Below are positions 1 to 8,972 of a DNA stretch of 64,000 nt, piece after piece. The translations under genes were made by a program, and so were the position numbers. Position 1 is the first letter of the stretch, and each line of letters begins with the position of its first letter. Where the stretch lies: NCBI GenBank assembly GCA_035343375.1, contig DAOQYW010000006.1:14230-78229 (forward strand), read 5' to 3'. Below the pieces are notes generated by a model. It made no database searches. It had not been told where the DNA came from and worked only from the letters and a program-made list of their open reading frames with translations. The DNA comes from Bacteroidales bacterium (GTDB lineage: Bacteria; Bacteroidota; Bacteroidia; Bacteroidales; ML635J-15).

Positions 1-667
1 CTTTAAGATCCGAATTGTTTAAAGATACAATATAATTTAAGTTAGGATATATCCTTTTTATATTCAGCAACTTAACTAGGGTTTCTGAATCATTTTCAAA
101 GTTTATAAAAACACTAGAAGATTTCTTAATATTTAATAAATCATAATTGTCAAAATTCAAATAATCAGAAAATAAAACAAACACTTCTTTTTCACCAAAC
201 TTGTTGTATATTAAATCAATATCATTTTTGTTATCAGTAATTATAGCTACTTGTTTCTTACTCTCAACTATCCATTTAGTAACATTAAAAGAGAAACTAT
301 CCCAACCAATAATTACACAATGGTTTTGCATATTAGTCCCCAAATAACCAAGTCTTTTATTTTCCATAATTTGTCGTATTTTATTTGTAAACTGACTTAT
401 AAATAAACCCATTAAAGCTATTGTACACAATACAAGTATGCTACCTAGTATTCTTCCAGTTACAGTTATTGGTACAACATCTCCATATCCTACTGTAGCA
501 ATAGTAACAATCCCATACCATAATGCATTTGCAAATGAATTTATTCCACTCGTCGGATCTGTTGATTCAGCACGATATATAAGATATTGAAATCCTATAA
601 AAACAGAAATAATTATAAAACCCCAGACAAGCCATGATTTGAATAACTTGAATCTTATATTTTTCAT
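1..667 (-). CDS. Potassium channel with RCK/TrkA-N-like domain (partial; C-terminus runs off the left edge)
   Basis: Absent from the ORF track because it is open at position 1. My translation from the ATG at 667 gives MKNIRFKLFKSWLVWGFIIISVF...ALWYGIVTIATVGYGDVVPITVTGR. This carries the canonical K+ selectivity filter TVGYGD between hydrophobic helices, followed by NHCVIIGWDSFS (Rossmann-like RCK start). There is no in-frame stop down to position 1. Confidence 0.8.
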   Translation of the reverse strand, partial: MKNIRFKLFKSWLVWGFIIISVFIGFQYLIYRAESTDPTSGINSFANALWYGIVTIATVGYGDVVPITVTGRILGSILVLCTIALMGLFISQFTNKIRQIMENKRLGYLGTNMQNHCVIIGWDSFSFNVTKWIVESKKQVAIITDNKNDIDLIYNKFGEKEVFVLFSDYLNFDNYDLLNIKKSSSVFINFENDSETLVKLLNIKRIYPNLNYIVSLNNSDLK

Positions 668-756
668 TTCAGGTTGTTTTGTGCAAATTTAAATATTTAA
701 TGATTAATTAAAAATGTTTTTATAAAAATTATGCCGACTTAGAAATATTATTGGTT

Positions 757-764
757 TATATTTG
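757..764 (+). promoter_or_regulatory. Candidate Bacteroidota -7 promoter element (TATATTTG)
   Basis: Matches the TAnnTTTG consensus. It lies 36 nt upstream of the ATG at 800, in a 132-bp intergenic gap. Confidence 0.3.
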
Positions 765-799
765 CGTCGTTTTTAAGTATAAATTTAGTTTTTAAGATT

Positions 800-1567
800 A
801 TGGGATTTCGTTCTTTGATGTTTAGAGGGTGGTATTGGTACGTTAATAAAGTGGATAAAAATGCAGATATTCTATTTATGAATTATGGTTATCATGATGA
901 TAAAGAGTCTATAGAACTTAAAGAAATTGATGAACCAAACAGATATTCTGTACAGTTATATCACCGTTTAGTTAAAACTGTTGAGATTAAAGGTAAAAGT
1001 ATTATTGAAATAGGATGTGGTAGAGGCGGAGGACTGGATTATGTTGCCAGGACTTTTAAACCTGCAACTGCATTGGGTATCGATTTAGACAAAATTGCAG
1101 CCAAATTTGGAAATAAACATTATAAAGTTGAAGGTCTGAAATTTGAACAAGGTGATGCTCAATCTTTAAATGTTCCAGCTTGTAGTATGGACGTTGTGCT
1201 TAATGTTGAGTCTTCTCATCGCTATCCAGATATGGATAGATTCTTATCAGAAGTTAATAGAATATTAAAGCCCGGAGGGTATTTTCTGATTACAGATTTT
1301 CGTTATAAGGAAGAAATGGATGAATTTAAAACTCAAATAGCTAAATTGAATTATAAATGTTTTGACGAACAACTGATAAACGAAAATGTTATTAGATCGC
1401 TTGAACTTGATACTCCGAGAAGAGAAAATTTGGTTAAAAAGTTAACTCCCAGATTTTTACATAAAACTGCTTTAAATTTCTCCGGTGCAATTGGTTCTGA
1501 AACTTTCGAACAAATTAAAAATGGAGATTATATTTATTTTGTTTATTGTTTCCAAAAACCGGAATAA
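800..1567 (+). CDS. Class I SAM-dependent methyltransferase
   Basis: Glycine-rich SAM-binding motif IIEIGCGRGGG, and an acidic residue after beta-2 (LGIDLD). Length is typical of Methyltransf_11/25-type enzymes. Confidence 0.8.
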   Translation: MGFRSLMFRGWYWYVNKVDKNADILFMNYGYHDDKESIELKEIDEPNRYSVQLYHRLVKTVEIKGKSIIEIGCGRGGGLDYVARTFKPATALGIDLDKIAAKFGNKHYKVEGLKFEQGDAQSLNVPACSMDVVLNVESSHRYPDMDRFLSEVNRILKPGGYFLITDFRYKEEMDEFKTQIAKLNYKCFDEQLINENVIRSLELDTPRRENLVKKLTPRFLHKTALNFSGAIGSETFEQIKNGDYIYFVYCFQKPE

Positions 1568-1608
1568 CAAATTAGGTTTGCCTTGCTTAACTAGTAAAAG
1601 TTATTGAA

Positions 1609-2250
1609 TTAATCTGTAAAGAACGGGTTGTATTTTTTCTCGTCAATTACAGTTGTATCAGTACCATGTCCAGGATAAATAACAGTATCAGGAGGCAGTT
1701 TAAAAATTCTGTTTATAATACTGTTCATTAGTTTTTCATAATTTCCACCAGGCAAATCTGTACGTCCAACACTTTCCATAAATAAAGTATCACCCGAGAT
1801 TAAAAAATCATCTTCTTCACAGTATAGTCCTATGCTTCCAGGACTATGACCCGGCAATGCAATTACTTCAAGTTGAGTGTCACCAAACTTAATAATATCA
1901 TGATCCTTAATGTTCTTGTCAGGTTTTGGTGGAGGTTCTATTGCATATCCGAATTTGTCCGCTACACATAACGCATTCTCAATTAAAAAATTGTCTTCAA
2001 AACTCATTAACATTGGAATCCTATAATGCGAATCCAGATAATAATTCCCGCATACATGGTCAAGATGACCGTGAGTGTTAATAAGGTATTTAGGGATTAA
2101 AAAATTATCTTGGATAAAGTCGTATAGCTCTTTTAATTCAGAATGTGAATTTGCTGCTCCGTCAATAATTACAGCTTCGTATGAACCGTCATACAATACA
2201 TAACAATTGGTTTTAAAATCGTTAAATACAAATCTTTTAATTTTTGTCAT
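1609..2250 (-). CDS. MBL-fold metallo-hydrolase (glyoxalase II-like)
   Basis: HxHxDH metal motif (THGHLDHVCG). Downstream GHSPGS and SGDTLF motifs are typical of the beta-lactamase fold. Confidence 0.85.
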   Translation of the reverse strand: MTKIKRFVFNDFKTNCYVLYDGSYEAVIIDGAANSHSELKELYDFIQDNFLIPKYLINTHGHLDHVCGNYYLDSHYRIPMLMSFEDNFLIENALCVADKFGYAIEPPPKPDKNIKDHDIIKFGDTQLEVIALPGHSPGSIGLYCEEDDFLISGDTLFMESVGRTDLPGGNYEKLMNSIINRIFKLPPDTVIYPGHGTDTTVIDEKKYNPFFTD

Positions 2251-3136
2251 TTTGTTGCTTATTTAGTGATTCTCTGTTGTATTTCCATCTCCTGTGAGAC
2301 CATAGCCAAAACTCAGGTTTCTCGATTATGTCTTTTTCTAGCCTTTCAAAATATAATTTTGTTATTTCGCCTGAATTATAATCAATAGGGTTTTCTATCA
2401 ATTCTTCAAATTTCAAACTATATTGACCTCTTTTTGTCTTTGATATTTTTAAATATAATACAGGTAAATTAGTCTTTTTTGCATAAGCCTCCGGGCCATG
2501 CAAACACGGGGTATCTCTATGTAAAAAATCAGTCCATATAGCCCTTTCAAGGTTTGATGGACTTTGATCTGCTGCCATTATTACTGCTACCGGTTTTAAC
2601 GGTTTTTCTTCAAATATTGTTTTAGTTTCCTGTACCGCTACCATTTTCATTCCGAACCTTTTACGTCTTTTTAATCCAAAATGTTCGCTAAATTTGTTAG
2701 TTAAAGGTAAATAAAGTGCAATTGCCTGATGTGAGATTGCATTATTTGTTGCTAAAATGCCGTACTCCCAATTGCCGTAGTGCGAAGTTAGACACAAAAC
2801 GGATTTTCCTTCCGAAAAATATTTTTCTGCAATTTCAGTGTTTTTTACCTGATAATGTTTTTTTAACACTTTTTCTCTTAAACTCATGCTTTTTATTGAC
2901 TCTAGTGTAATATCGGACAAGTGTCGGTAGAAATCCTTAACAATTCTGGTAATATCTTCTTCGGCTTTATCAGGAAATGATTTTCTAATATTATCAAAAG
3001 CTATTTTACGTCTGTATTTAAAAACATAGAAAAGGAAAAAATACAAGATGTCAGCTAACAAATATAATTTCCAAAATGGTATCAGTTTGAAAATTGCGAC
3101 TATTATTCGGAAACTTAAAAATTCAATAAACTTCAT
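2237..3136 (-). CDS. Lysophospholipid / lipid A biosynthesis acyltransferase (LpxL/HtrB family)
   Basis: N-terminal membrane anchor, an HYGNWE catalytic motif (Hx4E/D), and about 300 aa as in lauroyl/myristoyl acyltransferases. Confidence 0.75.
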   Translation of the reverse strand: MKFIEFLSFRIIVAIFKLIPFWKLYLLADILYFFLFYVFKYRRKIAFDNIRKSFPDKAEEDITRIVKDFYRHLSDITLESIKSMSLREKVLKKHYQVKNTEIAEKYFSEGKSVLCLTSHYGNWEYGILATNNAISHQAIALYLPLTNKFSEHFGLKRRKRFGMKMVAVQETKTIFEEKPLKPVAVIMAADQSPSNLERAIWTDFLHRDTPCLHGPEAYAKKTNLPVLYLKISKTKRGQYSLKFEELIENPIDYNSGEITKLYFERLEKDIIEKPEFWLWSHRRWKYNRESLNKQQNDKN

Positions 3137-3245
3137 TTATAACAATGCATATTTACTACAAAAATAAAATAATTTTAACATTAATTGTCTGAAAACTAAA
3201 CAGAATTTCGAATTGTTTGAAATATCGGATATGTATTTTTGTATT

Positions 3246-3830
3246 ATGAGATTTTGTATAAAAAATATTACACTGTTTTCTATAGTTCTTATATTGTCCT
3301 TGGCATCTTGTACCAAAAAGATGTATATAAGCGAAGAAGTGATTTATTCAGTAGATGATGAAAGTAAAGCAACTAACCCACACAGTTCAATAGAAAATGT
3401 TAATATTATTACTGATGAGCAACAACTAATCATTTCGTTAATTGAATATGCAGAAAGCTTGGATGGAAGTCCGTACCAATGGGGTGGTACAACACCTGAA
3501 GGTTTTGATTGTAGTGGTTTTATTCAACATATTTATGCTCACTTCGGGATAAAAATACCTCGAATGCCAGCCGATATGGCAGCGATAAGCGAAAAAGTGG
3601 ATAAAAAAGATTTATTACCCGGAGATATCGTTTATTTTAAGGGAAGTAATCTAAATTCGGATGAAATTGGCCATGTTGCTATGGTTGTTGAGAAAACTTC
3701 AGATGGCTTTAAATTTATTCATTCTACAACCAGCAAAGGAGTTATAGTGAGTGATATAAATCAATATGACTATTGGAAATCAAGGTATTTATTTGCAACA
3801 AGATTTAAAAAAGATACATTACTTCGTTAA
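3246..3830 (+). CDS. NlpC/P60 (C40) peptidoglycan peptidase lipoprotein
   Basis: Lipobox LSLASC after the signal peptide, counting from the internal ATG at 3246. Catalytic motifs GFDCSGF and GHVAMV are present. Confidence 0.85.
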   Translation: MRFCIKNITLFSIVLILSLASCTKKMYISEEVIYSVDDESKATNPHSSIENVNIITDEQQLIISLIEYAESLDGSPYQWGGTTPEGFDCSGFIQHIYAHFGIKIPRMPADMAAISEKVDKKDLLPGDIVYFKGSNLNSDEIGHVAMVVEKTSDGFKFIHSTTSKGVIVSDINQYDYWKSRYLFATRFKKDTLLR

Positions 3831-3901
3831 TTTACGCTCTTGTTTGCTGGTCTTTTTAATAAAATTAGTTTTATTTGTAAAAATAATAGATTAAAATTTT
3901 G

Positions 3902-5035
3902 ATGAAATTAATAATTTATATAATAACAATTTGTGTATTTTTAGGCTTTAGCAACATAAAAATGTTTTCACAGGTATCTGAAGAAGACAGTTTGAGTAAA
4001 TCAGATTTGTTAATTGTCAGTGAAACAGAAGACAGTATTTTGTTGCATAATATAAATGATACAATCTCTGATAAATATGCAGGCCTAGATTCAATACAGC
4101 GTATCCGAACCATGCTTATTGATTCAATAATTGATTACGGTAAGACATTTGTAGGCTTGAATTACAGATACGGAGGCATTACTCCCGCAGGATTTGATTG
4201 TAGCGGATTTATTTTTCATATACATCGCCATTTTAACCTTCCAATGCCTCGTGTACCAAGCGCTACATGTTTGATGGGAGAAAAAGTACATATAGACAGT
4301 TTACAACCCGGCGATTTGGTCTATTTTAAAACTCGCGCTGCTTATGATAATACTATCGGGCATGTTGCAATGGTAATAGAAAAAATTCCCGGTTCTTTTA
4401 TAATGATTCACTCAGCAAGTCATGCAGGATTAGTTATTGAAGATTTTTCACAGTATTCGTATTATGTTTCGAGATATCTTTTTGCAAATCGCTTACCTGA
4501 TGAGTTTTATTTAAGGCAGTGGAATGACAGCCTAATGAATATATACAAATATAAAAACGCTGATCTTTATAAAGAACATGTTGAATCGGTGATTCCTGCA
4601 GAGCAACCGGCAGGGACGGTTGAGATGCAATATACAGTTAAATCAGGTGATGCGGTTAGTCTTATTGCTTCGTGGTATGGCGTTAAAACGGCTGAAATAT
4701 TGGCATGGAACGGAATGGGGAGTTATAGTCTTCGTGTTGGTCAGGTCTTGAAAATTTATATAAAATCAGAATTACAATCAATATATAAAAATATCAATAA
4801 TATGAGTTTTGAGGAGAAGCAACGAACAGTGGGAATAGATCCGGTCAAAAATGAAGTTAAGCCTGAACCTGAAGATCCAAATTATGAATATTACACAGTT
4901 AAAGCAGGAGACTCACCATACAGCATTTCGAAAAAATATACCGGCGTTACTGCTGATGATATTATGAAATTAAATGGAATAACAAATCCTTCATCTTTGA
5001 GAATAGGGCAAAAACTTAAAATTAAAAAGAAATAG
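3902..5035 (+). CDS. NlpC/P60 (C40) peptidase with two C-terminal LysM domains
   Basis: GFDCSGF and GHVAMV motifs. Two LysM-like repeats (YTVKSGDAVSLIASWYGV...LRVGQVLKI and YTVKAGDSPYSISKKYTGV...LRIGQKLKI). The ATG at 3902 follows the TTG used by the track. Confidence 0.85.
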   Translation: MKLIIYIITICVFLGFSNIKMFSQVSEEDSLSKSDLLIVSETEDSILLHNINDTISDKYAGLDSIQRIRTMLIDSIIDYGKTFVGLNYRYGGITPAGFDCSGFIFHIHRHFNLPMPRVPSATCLMGEKVHIDSLQPGDLVYFKTRAAYDNTIGHVAMVIEKIPGSFIMIHSASHAGLVIEDFSQYSYYVSRYLFANRLPDEFYLRQWNDSLMNIYKYKNADLYKEHVESVIPAEQPAGTVEMQYTVKSGDAVSLIASWYGVKTAEILAWNGMGSYSLRVGQVLKIYIKSELQSIYKNINNMSFEEKQRTVGIDPVKNEVKPEPEDPNYEYYTVKAGDSPYSISKKYTGVTADDIMKLNGITNPSSLRIGQKLKIKKK

Positions 5036-5139
5036 CTCTTTTTCGCATTTCTATTTCTATTTACATAATTTAAACTTTTTATGTTATATTTTGTTATATT
5101 TACTGTTAATTAAACAATGTTAAACTAAAATTATATAAT

Positions 5140-5847
5140 ATGGAAGAAAAAGTTTATTCAATGCCGCGTATAGGTGAGGCTGCACCGGAATTTAAAGCAG
5201 TAACAACACAAGGTGAAATCAATTTTCCGGGCGATTATAAAGGAAGTTGGGTTATTTTATTTAGTCATCCTGCCGATTTTACTCCGGTATGTACATCTGA
5301 ATTTATGACTTTTGCTACAATGGAAAAGCAATTTAATGAAGCCAATTGTAAACTGGTCGGACTTTCTGTTGACGGTTTGTATAGTCATATTGCATGGTTA
5401 CGTACTATTAAAGAAAAAATAGAGTATAAAGGGATGAAGAATGTTGAGGTGATGTTTCCTTTAATCGAGGATATTACTATGGAAGTAGCAACAAAATATG
5501 GTATGATGATGCCGGGTGAAAGTAATACAAAAGCAGTGCGAGCTGTATTTGTAATTGACCCTAAAGGAATTGTTCGTACTGTTTTGTATTATCCCCTTAG
5601 TCTTGGACGTAATTTTGACGAAATTTATCGTATCGTTATAGCTTTGCAGGCTGCTGATGAGTTTAATATTGCAACTCCTGCAGACTGGAGACCGGGTGAT
5701 GAAGTAATTGTCCCAACAGCAGGTTCATGTGGTACAGCAAAAAACAGAATGGAAGGTAAAGAAGGCGAAATGAAATGTTACGATTGGTTCTTCTGTACAA
5801 AAAAACTTGATAAGGAAACTGTTTTGAAGAAAATTATAAAAAAATAG
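5140..5847 (+). CDS. Peroxiredoxin (Prx6-like, with Cys-containing C-terminal arm)
   Basis: Peroxidatic motif HPADFTPVCTSE. The C-terminal extension carries KCYDWFFC. Confidence 0.9.
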   Translation: MEEKVYSMPRIGEAAPEFKAVTTQGEINFPGDYKGSWVILFSHPADFTPVCTSEFMTFATMEKQFNEANCKLVGLSVDGLYSHIAWLRTIKEKIEYKGMKNVEVMFPLIEDITMEVATKYGMMMPGESNTKAVRAVFVIDPKGIVRTVLYYPLSLGRNFDEIYRIVIALQAADEFNIATPADWRPGDEVIVPTAGSCGTAKNRMEGKEGEMKCYDWFFCTKKLDKETVLKKIIKK

Positions 5848-5868
5848 TAATTATTTGTATTTTTTGAG

Positions 5869-5902
5869 AAGGTGTATAAAGTAATTTTTACACCTTTTTT
5901 TT
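5869..5902 (+). terminator. Rho-independent terminator after the peroxiredoxin gene
   Basis: 8-bp stem aaggtgta/tacacctt (5869-5876 / 5889-5896) with a 12-nt loop, running into a T tract through 5902. Confidence 0.6.
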
Positions 5903-5957
5903 ATGTAAATGTTTTTTTGTTTTATTTTTTGTAATTTTATACTTTAAACAAAAGAAT

Positions 5958-6836
5958 ATGATAACCATAAACCATGAAACTTGTAAAAGATGTCTTCTTT
6001 GCGTAGAAGTGTGTCCAAATAAAATACCAGTGAAAGACGATACAGGGTTAATAACCGTAAGGCGTGAAAGAGAACACCTATGTATAGAATGCGGACAATG
6101 TATGGCTGTGTGTCAAACACATTCAATCAATGCCGGAAAATTATCATACGAAAATGATTTTTTTGAGCTTTCAGGAGAAAAACCTTCTGAAAATGCATTT
6201 AATGAACTAATTTTTTCGAGACGTTCGGTGAGAAATTTTAAGGATAAGCCTGTGCCTAAAGAAATTTTAGAAAAAATAATTGATGCCATTTCTTTTGCAC
6301 CGCCTTCATTTCCTCCACATAGAGTAGAACTGGTTGTTATAAATAACATTGAATTACTTAAAAGCACTCTACCAAGAATGGTTGAAAACTATAAGGCATT
6401 GTTAAAGATGATGAAAAATCCATTTATAACACATATAATTAAAAAGAAAATTGGTCAGCCGAAATATCTAACCTTAAAAAATCATCTTATTCCATTATTA
6501 ACTGTAAAAATGCCCGAAATGGAAAAAGGTAATGAAGATGCTTTAACCAGAGGTGCGCCTGCAATAATATTGTTTTTAACGGAAAAAAACCAAGAGGATA
6601 ACTCGCAAAATATTTCTATTGCAGCAACATACGGGATGTTAAAAACACATTCTATGGGTTTAGGCGGTGCAATTTTAGATATTATTCCACCTGTGATAAA
6701 CCGAGATCAGGAATTGAGAAAATTATACGGTATCCCTGATACTCACGAAATAATTACTTCTCTGATAATTGGATATCCAAAGTATAAATATCAAAGAGGG
6801 ATTAAAAGAAAACTAAAAAGTGTTAAATGGATTTAA
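5958..6836 (+). CDS. 4Fe-4S ferredoxin domain fused to a nitroreductase-family domain
   Basis: Two CxxCxxCxxxCP-type clusters (CKRCLLCVEVCP, CIECGQCMAVC), followed by the nitroreductase signature RRSVRNF. Confidence 0.8.
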   Translation: MITINHETCKRCLLCVEVCPNKIPVKDDTGLITVRREREHLCIECGQCMAVCQTHSINAGKLSYENDFFELSGEKPSENAFNELIFSRRSVRNFKDKPVPKEILEKIIDAISFAPPSFPPHRVELVVINNIELLKSTLPRMVENYKALLKMMKNPFITHIIKKKIGQPKYLTLKNHLIPLLTVKMPEMEKGNEDALTRGAPAIILFLTEKNQEDNSQNISIAATYGMLKTHSMGLGGAILDIIPPVINRDQELRKLYGIPDTHEIITSLIIGYPKYKYQRGIKRKLKSVKWI

Positions 6837-6863
6837 AATGATTATTTAATAATTGCTCTCATT

Positions 6864-7598
6864 ATGGATTGGGGTATATTTAAAGGTTTTTCATCTAACC
6901 GTCAGTTAATGGATAATTGGCATTCACCTGTTTGCCCTACATGTAGCAGGGGACTGAAACCATGGATTGACTGGATTTATCATGGCTCTGTCGGATATTG
7001 TGAAGATTGTGAAAATATATGTTTAGTCAAAACAACTTCTAAACCATCTTTAAACAACCATCCAAAGATAGAGATAGATGAGTTTGTGAGTCATGAATAT
7101 CATAAAATTGAATTTGATAGTGGATTGATGTCTCCTCGGCAATTATGGAATTACTATAAAAATATTCCCACTACTTACGAAAATATCTGTATTCTTAATG
7201 AAGAACGTAAAAAACTTGAGAATTACAACAACGAAGAAAGTAAATTGTTAGGACATCTGATTTGGCGACTGATTTTTAATTCTGAGCATTTTGATAAAGA
7301 ACTGTTTGTAGAATATTTAAGATTTGCAATGCAGTATCCACATTTTTATAATATGTATGAAAAATATGAAGTTTGGTTAGGATATGAGATTGATTTGGCA
7401 AACACTTTAGAAAAATTATATAAAGATGAAATTTACGAATCAATTTATGAAATATGGCAATTATTTGGAAATTCTAGAAGTAATTTGAATTATAAGTCTG
7501 CCATTGGTATTTTTGTTTTACCTGATTATATTTTGTACAAAAAATTTGAACCGGAATTTGATGAGTTTTTGAGTAAGATAATTGTAAGAAAATTTTAA
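6864..7598 (+). CDS. Hypothetical protein with N-terminal CxxC...CxxC zinc-ribbon-like motif
   Basis: Long ORF in the coding-dense strand context. CPTC and CEDC pairs lie about 20 aa apart. I recognise no family. Confidence 0.5.
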   Translation: MDWGIFKGFSSNRQLMDNWHSPVCPTCSRGLKPWIDWIYHGSVGYCEDCENICLVKTTSKPSLNNHPKIEIDEFVSHEYHKIEFDSGLMSPRQLWNYYKNIPTTYENICILNEERKKLENYNNEESKLLGHLIWRLIFNSEHFDKELFVEYLRFAMQYPHFYNMYEKYEVWLGYEIDLANTLEKLYKDEIYESIYEIWQLFGNSRSNLNYKSAIGIFVLPDYILYKKFEPEFDEFLSKIIVRKF

Positions 7599-7609
7599 AT
7601 TGCCAGATT

Positions 7610-8260
7610 ATGAATGATGTTTTAAATTGGATTTATATTATAGGTTTTGTATTATTAGCTGGTTTTGTTATTTATTTATTCGGAGCTGTTCCGATGATGA
7701 TAAATCAGAAAAAAATGATAGGAGCTTATCGTAAACTTGCTTCGTTATATGGATTTGAAATTAAAAATGATAAGATCAAACTAATCCCTAATTGGCCAAC
7801 AATAAAAGGGTTCTTTAATAAAAAATATTTCATTGTTACACAAGCCAGGTATGGTAAGAATACAAGCTTTTATAATTCATCCACTGGAACATGGAGAACT
7901 TTTTCAAATTATATTACAAAGATTTCTACAAAACTGTGGAATCCTGTATGTGGAGATTTTAAAATGGTAAATAGCAGCATTTTTAAAAAGACATACAATG
8001 TAGAGGAGTTTGAAGATTCTGTTTGTATTGACGGTACATCGGCTGAGCAAGTAAAAAATCTTTTAAATGATAATATAAAACAGGAAATTATTGATGTATT
8101 AAACAAAGGAGGTATTTTACATATTGAAGTTAAAAATGGAATTTTGTTTGCATCGAATTTTCATGGTCTTGTGAATGATAATGACGTGGAAGAGTGTAGT
8201 AAAAGGATAAAATTATTATGTGAACTGTCTTATCTTTTAGATTTGAAGAAACCTCAATAA
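7610..8260 (+). CDS. Hypothetical membrane-anchored protein
   Basis: Single N-terminal hydrophobic helix (WIYIIGFVLLAGFVIYLFGAVPMMI). Starts 11 nt after the previous gene. I recognise no family. Confidence 0.5.
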   Translation: MNDVLNWIYIIGFVLLAGFVIYLFGAVPMMINQKKMIGAYRKLASLYGFEIKNDKIKLIPNWPTIKGFFNKKYFIVTQARYGKNTSFYNSSTGTWRTFSNYITKISTKLWNPVCGDFKMVNSSIFKKTYNVEEFEDSVCIDGTSAEQVKNLLNDNIKQEIIDVLNKGGILHIEVKNGILFASNFHGLVNDNDVEECSKRIKLLCELSYLLDLKKPQ

Positions 8261-8267
8261 AAATAGA

Positions 8268-8972
8268 TTAATATTTGCTGTAACTTATTGGAATTCCGAA
8301 CCTGATACCAATCCCTACATAATAATTGCGATGCTTTATAATATAATCGGAATCAAAAGTATATAAATCTATTAATCCATGTTCATATTTAATTTCTGCA
8401 TACACTATAAAATTTGGTTTTATTTTATATTCAATTCCTCCTCCGACATTTAAACCCATATTTATTTTTTTAAAAGCATCTGTATTCTCAACATTTATTG
8501 GAACTACTTCGTTACCGTTGAATGTCTCAGGGAGATTTGCATAAGTATTTTGTTTTGTCAAAAACCCAATATGAAAGCCTGCAGACAAGAAAATATTAAA
8601 TTTCTTTCGACCTAAATTGAAACTAAAATCGGCAGGAATGGTGATATATGAAAATTTGTTAAATGTTTTATAATTTCCTATAGGATTGTTATAAATGTCA
8701 AAATAGGAGTTATAATAGCAGAAGCCTTTATTAATTATCGAGAATCCTGATCTGAAAGCAAATTCGGGATTAGCAGCAAAAACTATACTTATACCTCCAC
8801 ACAGTCCATTGTAGGGGCTGATTGTGATTGGGTACCCCGAGATTTTTGAAAAACTTAATCCTCCCCAAGTACCTACGAATAGGGTTGAATCAGAATTAAC
8901 CTTCCATGCATAACTGTTCAGGCAGATAGAAAGAAACAAGATGAAAAATACTGATTTATTTATTCTTTTCAT
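8268..8972 (-). CDS. Outer-membrane beta-barrel protein (porin-family/OMP_b-brl-like)
   Basis: Signal peptide from the internal Met (MKRINKSVFFILFLSICLNSYA). Alternating amphipathic strands rich in G/Y/F, and an aromatic-rich C-terminus (ISYSKY). Confidence 0.6.
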   Translation of the reverse strand: MKRINKSVFFILFLSICLNSYAWKVNSDSTLFVGTWGGLSFSKISGYPITISPYNGLCGGISIVFAANPEFAFRSGFSIINKGFCYYNSYFDIYNNPIGNYKTFNKFSYITIPADFSFNLGRKKFNIFLSAGFHIGFLTKQNTYANLPETFNGNEVVPINVENTDAFKKINMGLNVGGGIEYKIKPNFIVYAEIKYEHGLIDLYTFDSDYIIKHRNYYVGIGIRFGIPISYSKY

